DNA of 27,238 nucleotides, from assembly GCA_041740355.1 (NCBI GenBank), contig JBGSMD010000069.1:1-27238 (forward strand), given 5' to 3'. Both the position numbers and the translations under genes were made by a program. Under the pieces are notes generated by a model. It was not told where the DNA came from, made no database searches, and saw nothing but the letters and a program-made list of their open reading frames with translations. Shown here one piece after another: positions 7,125 through 15,143 of the stretch. How positions within the stretch are numbered: position 1 is the first letter of the stretch; each line of letters starts with the position of its first letter. The DNA comes from Bdellovibrionota bacterium (GTDB lineage: Bacteria > Bdellovibrionota_C > UBA2361 > CALJRW01).

Positions 7125-10100
7125 CTATTTAGCTCCAAAGTTATAAGTTTGATGATAAGACTCCTCTAACTTAGCTAAGTCCAATATCCAGCTTTGTTTT
7201 TTCGTAATAACCTCGAGTCCACTTTCTGTTACTTTACCGAGTGGAATTAAATGTTCCTTGGTAAATATTTTTTCCAATTTAGACTGATTGATTGGATTAA
7301 TACTAATCACAAAGCGACCTGGACGTTCAGAAAATAAAGTTTCACTTAGGGGCTGACTGATATTAGAAAGATTCAAATCCATTCCAAGCTCAGAAGACAC
7401 TAGCGATTTAAAAATTGAAGTTAAAAGTCCGCCAGAATGAACGTAAGCTGAAGATGCTAAGATATCCTCCTCAAAACAATTAGCTAATTTTTCAGCGATA
7501 AACTTAAAGGCATCAGTAGTGATTGGCGAGTAAGAACCAACATTGTTCTCTTGATTGCGATTGTTTAGAACTTCTTCCCAAGCACTTCCAGCAAAACCTT
7601 TGGCATCATCAACTTGAACCAAATAAACTAAATCTCCAGCATATTTAAAACTAGCATTTTGACATTTACGATAGTCCTGAATCTTTACAGCACCCGAAAT
7701 TAAATAAGTCGCTGGATCATGGATTTCAATTTTTTTATTACCATTATCTAAAGCTTTAATCTTTATTTGTTTTCGAAGGTTGTATGGGACTTGTTGCAAG
7801 TCAAAACTATTGTCCACTTCATAAGTACAAGAGCACTTCATACTATCTTTACCAGAGATAATAGGAATATTAAATTCTTGAACAAGCTCAGCTACGGCAA
7901 TTCCTTCCCGAACAAGATCCGCACAGTTTTTCAGGCCACTTTCTTTGTCCATTGTATAATCTGAATCGGAGTTTGGCTGACAGTAGTTTCCACATACTGC
8001 CCAGGCATCCCAACTAGCTTTGTTAAGATCAGGAAGTACCCCACCGATGGCAATAATTTTTCCTAATAGATCGTAGTAAGACTTTTGAACCGAATAATAA
8101 GGATCCAGATCTGCTAATTTAGGAGCAGCGGCCATAGCATAAGCGAGTGCTCCGTAGTCTCGATCAATTGTATCCAGTGGCTTTTGTAATGTCGCGTCAG
8201 AATCAACATTTAATTTCTTACCAAATAGTGGCGCAATTATTGTACCTCCCTTAACTGAGAAATCTTTTTGACGAAAAAACCACTCCTTGGAAGCAACGTC
8301 TGGATGAGCTAAAACTTCTGCTAAATCAGTATTTAAATCTGTAATATCTGAATCGACATTAGTATTTTGTTTAGCAGGTATGTGCCATTTCCCTTTAAGA
8401 ACCTTTCTTGGTTCGGAAGAGAACAGATAATCTATCTGAAACAGGCCAACTAATTTATCTTGATACTTAAGTTGAATTAAATTGTTATTTTCTAAGTGAC
8501 CAACATTAGATAATTCAATCTCATAAAAACTGGCTAACTCTTTAATTTTTTCCAAATTTCTTGGATGGCTTACTAGTAACATTCGATCTTGAGTTTCGGA
8601 GCAGTTAATCTGCCATGGTTGTATACCTTGATACTTAACTGGATGCTTAGCTAAGTCCATCACGAGACCATTGGTACTTCTTGCAATCTCATGGCTAGCA
8701 GAACCTAAGCCCATAGCTCCTAAGTCTGTTACTGCTGTAAATAGTCCTTGCCGTGAGGCATCTAAAATAAACTCCTTAACTTTTACTTGAATAAATGAGA
8801 AGTCAGCCTGAACGTGACCTAGGCTAATTTCGCTACTAGCCGATAAGGAACTCTCCGTAGCTCCATGAATACCATCGATTCCAACTGCCTGACCGGCAAT
8901 TAATACTTGATCACCCGGACTAGGTTCTTTAGTTCGATAATCATAACCGGTGACAGACTTAACTGGTGACCAACCAACGGCTCCGGCATAAACTAAACAC
9001 TTAGCAATATATCTGGGATCACTAAAGACCAAACCATTCAGTGTTGGAATTTGCATTTCGTTACCAGCTTCCCGAATTCCTCGAGTAATTCCCTTTAGAA
9101 TTAAATATGGATGTTTAACACCTTTGGGAAGCCATCCTTGATAATTTGGATTTCCAGTGCAATAACAAAAGAATCCCATCAAGATATCAAATGTTCCCTG
9201 CATTGTGCCCATAATGTCACGAAAGTTTCCGTTTAGACCAGTCTTCGCACCTTGCACTGGTTCAATGTTAGAAGGAGAGTTATGGGTTTCAACTTTCAGG
9301 CAATACATATAGTCCTGATCGTAATAGACGACACCAGAATTATCGGAGAACATACTTGAAATCCAGTTACAACCTCTAGCCGTAAGTCGATCGTTAACAG
9401 CAAAGGCCGGGTCTTTAATGAATGTTTTAAACATACCGCGCTCAAGTACTAATTGATTATCAACTTCTTTTAACCAGCCTTGATTAATTGCATTTTGAAA
9501 AACAGAATCAACTTCCACATCTAAAATAATCCGAGCGTTAAACTCCTTATGAAAACAATGCTCTGATCTCAAGCCAAACCAAGTTTCTAATTCTACATCA
9601 GTAGCTTTGGAAGTTAATCCAAGTTTGGTTCGGAGCTCTACAAATTCTGGATTTTTATAGACTGACTGAAAATATTTCAGCTCTTCAATTGTAGCAGCCA
9701 GTTTTCTTTCCGAATTAAGTTCTAGTAATTGTTCATCTGAAAAATTGGCAATTGCTAATTCTTGAACTTCCATTTTTGTCTGAAGTTCTACTACTGGTAA
9801 AAGAACGTTTTTCCCTGAATAAAACTCCGCACTAGTAATTATCTGACTTTCGTAAAGTTCTGGATTAAATAAGAATTTACTTACACTTAACTTCTGCTCA
9901 GCCGTTAAACTTCCTTGCAAATAGTAACTTGTAATTAGAAAGCCCTGTTCCTTTCCTGTTAAATTAATCTTGGCTGCTGCAAAAGCTTGTTCTAAAGCAG
10001 TCATCCCTTCAGCGTCGCTAGTGCCAGGTTTTAATCCTGCTTGGATTAAAAAATTAAATTCTAATTTTTGTTTAGTCTTTAGAGCTAAGCTAGTATTGTA

Positions 10101-10334
10101 ACTACAACTATTAAGCGCCGGGTCTAAGAAAGGCTTGCTAGAGGCTAGATTTGATAAATCCACTTTTCTTTCGTGAACAAAACAATATGTTTTGCTCATA
10201 AGAATTCCAGTTAAATCTAAATGTAAAAAACGATTAACTTCCTTTGTCAAATTACTTTCATTAGAAAATCCAACTTCAAAAAAAGAAACCTGAAAGTGAT
10301 TATTTGTTGTTAATAGATAACTTATTCCTGACAT
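7125..10334 (-). CDS. purL: FGAM synthase subunit PurL with N-terminal PurS-like extension
   Basis: SEHC.HK, DNSGV, KVETHNSPS, DGIHGAT.SS, D.GA.GL, SETQDRM, ISGKDSM and LFSE motifs. N-terminal KPG..D.EG is PurS-like. Confidence 0.96.
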   Translation of the reverse strand: MSGISYLLTTNNHFQVSFFEVGFSNESNLTKEVNRFLHLDLTGILMSKTYCFVHERKVDLSNLASSKPFLDPALNSCSYNTSLALKTKQKLEFNFLIQAGLKPGTSDAEGMTALEQAFAAAKINLTGKEQGFLITSYYLQGSLTAEQKLSVSKFLFNPELYESQIITSAEFYSGKNVLLPVVELQTKMEVQELAIANFSDEQLLELNSERKLAATIEELKYFQSVYKNPEFVELRTKLGLTSKATDVELETWFGLRSEHCFHKEFNARIILDVEVDSVFQNAINQGWLKEVDNQLVLERGMFKTFIKDPAFAVNDRLTARGCNWISSMFSDNSGVVYYDQDYMYCLKVETHNSPSNIEPVQGAKTGLNGNFRDIMGTMQGTFDILMGFFCYCTGNPNYQGWLPKGVKHPYLILKGITRGIREAGNEMQIPTLNGLVFSDPRYIAKCLVYAGAVGWSPVKSVTGYDYRTKEPSPGDQVLIAGQAVGIDGIHGATESSLSASSEISLGHVQADFSFIQVKVKEFILDASRQGLFTAVTDLGAMGLGSASHEIARSTNGLVMDLAKHPVKYQGIQPWQINCSETQDRMLLVSHPRNLEKIKELASFYEIELSNVGHLENNNLIQLKYQDKLVGLFQIDYLFSSEPRKVLKGKWHIPAKQNTNVDSDITDLNTDLAEVLAHPDVASKEWFFRQKDFSVKGGTIIAPLFGKKLNVDSDATLQKPLDTIDRDYGALAYAMAAAPKLADLDPYYSVQKSYYDLLGKIIAIGGVLPDLNKASWDAWAVCGNYCQPNSDSDYTMDKESGLKNCADLVREGIAVAELVQEFNIPIISGKDSMKCSCTYEVDNSFDLQQVPYNLRKQIKIKALDNGNKKIEIHDPATYLISGAVKIQDYRKCQNASFKYAGDLVYLVQVDDAKGFAGSAWEEVLNNRNQENNVGSYSPITTDAFKFIAEKLANCFEEDILASSAYVHSGGLLTSIFKSLVSSELGMDLNLSNISQPLSETLFSERPGRFVISINPINQSKLEKIFTKEHLIPLGKVTESGLEVITKKQSWILDLAKLEESYHQTYNFGAK

Positions 10335-10382
10335 AATGGAAGCCTGTAATGAGATGCAAAAAACTCTTATTTTCTATTAATT

Positions 10383-10410
10383 AGTATAGATTACCATACA
10401 AAAATATCAA
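10383..10410 (-). promoter_or_regulatory. Putative sigma70 promoter for purL-purQ
   Basis: Minus strand TTGATA-16 bp-TATACT, 48 nt upstream of the purL ATG. Confidence 0.5.
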
Positions 10411-10473
10411 GTCAGGCGTCTCGATAATACAGTTATGGAAGAATAAACCTATTGGCGAGGATGTCTAATGCAC

Positions 10474-10554
10474 ATATACTAAAACCCATTAAGTTTTATC
10501 AAATAGCTTGGTGAAATGTATGTTGTATTTTCCGCAGATCGAGTTTTAGTATAT
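10474..10554. repeat. 81-bp element with perfect 12-bp terminal inverted repeats (MITE-like)
   Basis: ATATACTAAAAC(10474-10485)/GTTTTAGTATAT(10543-10554). Confidence 0.65.
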
Positions 10555-10697
10555 TTCGTTTCTACAGCTGAATACTTATCTATTAAGCATTTCAGCCGAT
10601 GTGACCTCTAAGGTCCCATCAGGCGACTAATTTTAAAACTGTAATTTTAATTGACGCTTAGTAAATATTAGATGGAACGTCTTAATTTTAAATTTTA

Positions 10698-12221
10698 ATG
10701 TCTAAGCTACTCCTGCTACTTTCATATCTTGCTGTCTTTCTTTACTCTCTATATTTTTGGGAGCGGCCAATCTTCGATCCTGATTTAGGTTGGCATTTAG
10801 CAGGTGGCAAATGGATTTCTGGTCAAATTGCACTAGCTTGGGAACAGAACCAACTCTCTTCGGCAATGCTGATCCCACCCTTTGATTTTATCAATTCTCG
10901 CCAAGAATATTGGCACGACTATCATTGGCTCATTCAAATTGTAATGTATCAAATTTATAAGCATTACAGTTACCTAGAATTAATTTGTTTCTATTCAGTA
11001 ATTTTTAGTTTAACTTGCTTGATCATTTTTAAAATTGCTCTCCGGATTGCAAGAGAGAGAAAGCTTTCCATAATCTATCCTCTAATAGGAACCCTAGCGG
11101 CCAGCTATTTATTAAAAGATGTTTCATCTGTTCGTCCACAACTTATTTCGTTTCTGTTCATTGCAATAACAGCAAATTTATTATTACAGCCTGCGCGAAA
11201 ATTTGAAGGTCTAATATTATTTTTTCTTGCAGTAATTTTAGTTAATATTCATGTCTATTGGATTTTTATTCCTTTTTTATATTTTTGCTATCGAATTATC
11301 CCAAATTTACTTAAGAAAAAGCCAAAAGAAATAATAGCAAATAACCTTTTTACATTATTATTAATTTTGCTTGCGGGATTTATCTCTCCCTACGGAATCT
11401 TTAGTCCTTCCCAATCATTTGCAGACTACTTTCGCAATTATTATTTAATTATAGAGTATCTACAAACAGATGTTTATCTAAAAAAATTAATTACCGAGTT
11501 TCTTGGTGCATTCAGAGCTTGGTCACCAACGACTTTTATCTGTATAGCTTATCTTATTTGTTTGGCACGTTTTCTTAATAAAGAGGAAATTTTTAGGAAC
11601 TTAGGCTTACATTTTGCTGGAGCAATTAGTTTTTATCTAGTGTTGGAATCGGTTAAATTTTCAAGTATTTTTGCAATACTTGCACTTGTTTCATGGATTA
11701 GTATTATTCCCAAGGTTAATTTCTTATCTAACCAAAAATTATTTATTCCTATCCTCTTAGCCTTAAATTTAAGCTTAACCGTCGGTGTAATTTCAAGGCT
11801 TCAAAGTAAGGAAAAGATTGCCCTCGATATTGAATTATTTACACCGATGGTAGCTTGTTCCAAGCTAGCTACACTAAATTTACCGCCAAAAAAATATCAA
11901 GTTTTGACCGAATTTACTCATGGTGGGTGGTGTTATTGGGCAATATTTAGTCAGGGAGTAAATAATTTTCAAGTAACCACAGATGGTCGCACTCAAGGTG
12001 TTCCAATAGAAGATTATAAGAAATCAACTCAAATTTATACCGTCAAAGAAGGTTGGAATAAAACAATCATTGATTGGAATCCAGATTTTATTCTGGCATC
12101 TAGAGAAACATCACTGGCACATGTAATGCCGTTTTTTAAAACAGAGTGGAGTAATCTGACGATTGATCGAAGCTTTGCAATGTACATAAATAATAAATTG
12201 CTACCCTCAAATACAGAATAA
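10698..12221 (+). CDS. Polytopic membrane protein, probable GT-C-fold glycosyltransferase
   Basis: About 10 or more TM segments. DPDLGWHL after TM1, W.D..WL, RPQL, NIH and C-terminal GG...W and DGR motifs, as in a common uncharacterised GT-C-like family. Confidence 0.7.
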   Translation: MSKLLLLLSYLAVFLYSLYFWERPIFDPDLGWHLAGGKWISGQIALAWEQNQLSSAMLIPPFDFINSRQEYWHDYHWLIQIVMYQIYKHYSYLELICFYSVIFSLTCLIIFKIALRIARERKLSIIYPLIGTLAASYLLKDVSSVRPQLISFLFIAITANLLLQPARKFEGLILFFLAVILVNIHVYWIFIPFLYFCYRIIPNLLKKKPKEIIANNLFTLLLILLAGFISPYGIFSPSQSFADYFRNYYLIIEYLQTDVYLKKLITEFLGAFRAWSPTTFICIAYLICLARFLNKEEIFRNLGLHFAGAISFYLVLESVKFSSIFAILALVSWISIIPKVNFLSNQKLFIPILLALNLSLTVGVISRLQSKEKIALDIELFTPMVACSKLATLNLPPKKYQVLTEFTHGGWCYWAIFSQGVNNFQVTTDGRTQGVPIEDYKKSTQIYTVKEGWNKTIIDWNPDFILASRETSLAHVMPFFKTEWSNLTIDRSFAMYINNKLLPSNTE

Positions 12222-12222
12222 A

Positions 12223-13056
12223 TTAGTTTACGGCTAATGCAATTTGATATTGATTCACAAGCTTAACTGTTTCATCATAATCTAGAATTAAAGATTTATT
12301 AGCATCTAAAAAGATCGCTGTAATACCTGACTTGTAACAATTTTCAATTGTTTTTGGACCTATTGTTGGTAAATCAAAACGTAAATCTTGTTGTGGTTTA
12401 GCGAGCTTTATTAAAACAGCCCCTTTTCCGGACTTAAAATTTCCTGTAGTTTTTGCAACTATTCCCCCACGGAGAATAGTTGCATCTGTACCATCAACAG
12501 CTTCGACCGCGACAACGATACCTTCAGCAACAACAATTGACTGACCGATATCTAATGCACCAATTCCTTTGGTAATTGGAAAACCAAATTCATAATTACT
12601 AAGCTCTTCAGTAGAAGGTTTACGTTGACTTAGAAGACCCTTAGGGGGAACACTTTTTTTTAAAAATTGCGTGGCAGGAATAACAGTAATTCCCTTCTTC
12701 TCGATCTCCTCAGCAATTTTTCTAAGGATAACATCATCATTTAAAGATCTGGCTTTAGCCATAAGATTCATGGCGGTTAGGTCTAAAGATAGGCCATCAA
12801 ATAATTTAATCTTTTTTACACCTCCAGCAAAGGCTACTTCCTTTGCACCGGAATCAACCAATAGTTTTAGTAATTTTCCAAATTCGCCAATCTTAATGCA
12901 ATGATAAATATCAGAGTGCTTTTCCAGCTCAGGATCAGCTTCTCCTCCAAGGGCAATACTAACTATTCGATAACCTTCTTCTTTGGCATTAAGGCAAAAC
13001 TCAATTGGAAAACGACCATTTCCAGCAACCAAAGCAATTAATTTGGAATTATCCAC
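12223..13056 (-). CDS. lpxI: UDP-2,3-diacylglucosamine pyrophosphatase LpxI
   Basis: AGNGRFP, DIGQSIVV, AVEA.DGTD, KPQQDLRFDLPTIG motifs. Directly after lpxA. Confidence 0.96.
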   Translation of the reverse strand: MDNSKLIALVAGNGRFPIEFCLNAKEEGYRIVSIALGGEADPELEKHSDIYHCIKIGEFGKLLKLLVDSGAKEVAFAGGVKKIKLFDGLSLDLTAMNLMAKARSLNDDVILRKIAEEIEKKGITVIPATQFLKKSVPPKGLLSQRKPSTEELSNYEFGFPITKGIGALDIGQSIVVAEGIVVAVEAVDGTDATILRGGIVAKTTGNFKSGKGAVLIKLAKPQQDLRFDLPTIGPKTIENCYKSGITAIFLDANKSLILDYDETVKLVNQYQIALAVN

Positions 13057-13062
13057 ATTTAT

Positions 13063-13863
13063 TTAGTTAGAAGATTTTCTTGGAAGAACAATACCTCGTT
13101 CACTGTCTTTAAGAAAAAACAAGAATTTTTCAGCAATCAAATTGCCTTTGTTCTTTTCAATTTGATTTGCAAGTTTAGTGACAAATGTTCCCTCTGCTAA
13201 GAAAACATCTCGGTAAAGATTCTGAACTAAACGTTGCTCCTCAACTGTAAATCCTGCTCGCTCCAAGCCAACTTTATTAATCCCGGCTAAGCCAGCTCTG
13301 TCTCCTTGGGCCACACAATATGGTGGAACGTCTTTAGTAACCATTGCACCACCACCAATAATTGAAAAATCTCCTAAGCGGATATACTGATGATACCCAG
13401 ACTGACCACCCATGATCACATGATCGCCAATCGTAACATGTCCGGCAAGTCCGGCATTATTTACCATAATATTATGATTGCCCATCTTTACATCATGAGC
13501 AACGTGCGCTCCAGTCATAAACAAATTGTAATCACCTACTTTAGTAATCATTCCTCCGCCTTCAGTTCCCGGTTGAAGGGTAGTAAATTCACGAATTAAA
13601 TTGTTGTTACCAATCACAAGACAACTTTCTTCTCCATGGAATTTTAAATCTTGAGGAATTGCGCCAATTGAAGCAAATTGAAAAATATTATTATTATCAC
13701 CAATTGTAGTCCGGCCTTCAATAACAACATGAGAGCCTATCTTATTATTCTTACCAATTTTTACTTGCGAACCAATTACAGTGTAGGCACCAACAGTAGT
13801 ACCTTCAGCAATTTCAGCACCATCTTGGATAATTGCGGTTGGATGAATATTATGATCTGACAT
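13063..13863 (-). CDS. lpxA: UDP-GlcNAc O-acyltransferase LpxA
   Basis: IHPTA, hexapeptide repeats, PQDLKF, HVAHD, LAGHV, KDVPPY. Confidence 0.98.
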   Translation of the reverse strand: MSDHNIHPTAIIQDGAEIAEGTTVGAYTVIGSQVKIGKNNKIGSHVVIEGRTTIGDNNNIFQFASIGAIPQDLKFHGEESCLVIGNNNLIREFTTLQPGTEGGGMITKVGDYNLFMTGAHVAHDVKMGNHNIMVNNAGLAGHVTIGDHVIMGGQSGYHQYIRLGDFSIIGGGAMVTKDVPPYCVAQGDRAGLAGINKVGLERAGFTVEEQRLVQNLYRDVFLAEGTFVTKLANQIEKNKGNLIAEKFLFFLKDSERGIVLPRKSSN

Positions 13864-13883
13864 ACTACTTACAATAATGAAAT

Positions 13884-14324
13884 TTAATCGGTCTCCGCGG
13901 CCAATAGACTTGCTTTAGCAACAAGCTTACCATCGACATATGCTTCACCATCAAAGTACCAAAAAGGTTTTCTTGCTTTACAAAATTTAACTCTTATTTC
14001 CAGCTGATCTCCCGGAAGTACCATTCTTTTCCACTTAACATTGTCAGCTCCTGCTAAAAGTACGGCCTTACCTTTGGCAATTCCTTTAGAAGATTTAACA
14101 GCACAAAAAGCAGCAGACTGAGCCATTGCTTCTAAGATTAACACCCCCGGCATTACTGGGCGACCTGGAAAATGACCATTAAAGAATTCTTCGTTGATTG
14201 TAACATTTTTGATAGCAATCAAGCTCTCGTTATCAACAAAATTAACAACTTTGTCGATTAACAAAAAAGGATAACGATGAAGTAATGCTTCTTGGATATC
14301 TGTGATATTAAAAATTGTTTCCAT
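13884..14324 (-). CDS. fabZ: 3-hydroxyacyl-ACP dehydratase FabZ
   Basis: HRYPFLLID, KNVTINE.FF.GHFP..PVMPGVL..EAMAQ. Confidence 0.98.
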   Translation of the reverse strand: METIFNITDIQEALLHRYPFLLIDKVVNFVDNESLIAIKNVTINEEFFNGHFPGRPVMPGVLILEAMAQSAAFCAVKSSKGIAKGKAVLLAGADNVKWKRMVLPGDQLEIRVKFCKARKPFWYFDGEAYVDGKLVAKASLLAAETD

Positions 14325-14441
14325 TATTTATTAATAAAAAATTTCAAAAAACTTAGACGGAAAAATAATTTAGCTGAAAGTTTTTCTCACTTTAATGCTG
14401 TTTAATCTCGCCACCAAGTAATACTAGTTGTTTTAAGTCTA

Positions 14442-14951
14442 CTAAAATTTAACTCCTGACTTATTTAGCCGGACTAAAACCTCACTTGTTAAGTCTAAGT
14501 CTTCAGATACATATAAAACTACCTGTGGAGTTTTCTCTAAAATCATTGGGGATTTCTTTTCCTTAGCAAGAGTTTCTAAGATCTTACGAACCTCTGCAAT
14601 GATCTTTGTAACTTTATCGTTATTATCCTTAGTGTAAGCTTGTTGGTAATCTTGAAAAGCCTTGGTCGCAGCTTGCTCTTCCTCACGATAACTAACAATC
14701 TTTTTTTGCATAGCTTCTTGCGAAAGAACAGCAGATTGTTGCTTAATCTCTCCTTGCAGAGCCTGAAGTTTATCTCTTTGTTTCTCTAAGCTTTTCTTTG
14801 TTCCTGAAAATTTACCTTCAAGAGCTTTCTTAGCCGACTTTCCGGCATCAGACTCAGAAATAACACGTTCAACATCAACAACGTAAATGTCTGCAGCTAG
14901 TGCAAAATTACTTATTACTAATGTTAAAACTAAGAAAAGAAATTTAATCAT
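14442..14951 (-). CDS. skp: Periplasmic chaperone Skp/OmpH
   Basis: Signal peptide, I.VVDV.RV...S..GK, long coiled coil, DLT..V. Downstream of bamA, with RBS AAGGA. Confidence 0.93.
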   Translation of the reverse strand: MIKFLFLVLTLVISNFALAADIYVVDVERVISESDAGKSAKKALEGKFSGTKKSLEKQRDKLQALQGEIKQQSAVLSQEAMQKKIVSYREEEQAATKAFQDYQQAYTKDNNDKVTKIIAEVRKILETLAKEKKSPMILEKTPQVVLYVSEDLDLTSEVLVRLNKSGVKF

Positions 14952-14984
14952 ATTATCCTTGATTGATAGAAATTATCAGTAATT

Positions 14985-15104
14985 TATAGCTATTTTTTGC
15001 AAGATTATCAATTCTCCCCTTTTGGGATGTCAAACTGATTACAAATAATCGTCTCTGACTTTTTGTATCCCAAAAGGTGAGAACTTCGCAAGCTTGAATA
15101 ACTA
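14985..15104. repeat. Rod-like palindromic element between bamA and skp
   Basis: TTCTCCCCTTTTGGGAT(15012-15028)/ATCCCAAAAGGTGAGAA(15067-15083), 16/17 complementary. Inner GTCA/TGAC and GATTA/TAATC. Outer TAGCTATT/AATAACTA. Confidence 0.8.
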
Positions 15105-15143
15105 GTTACTTCGACAAACCTGCTACATTGCAAAAGGGTAGTA

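Noticed and set aside
7720-7840. PurL insertion as an in-frame palindromic element (RPE-style)
   Set aside because: Only a 6-bp stem (GACTTG/CAAGTC) is visible and there is no similarity to families A or B.
6443-7964. Short + strand ORFs 6443-6637 and 7767-7964
   Set aside because: Antisense shadows of purQ and purL.
10335-10697. Known purine, ZTP or PRPP riboswitch, or a hammerhead ribozyme (CTGATG...) upstream of purL
   Set aside because: The core reads CTGATGG with no GAAA after stem II, and riboswitch consensus segments were not found by eye. A cmscan is needed to be certain.
14325-14441. lpxD pseudogene remnant between skp and fabZ
   Set aside because: 117 bp of AT-rich sequence with no hexapeptide-repeat coding trace.
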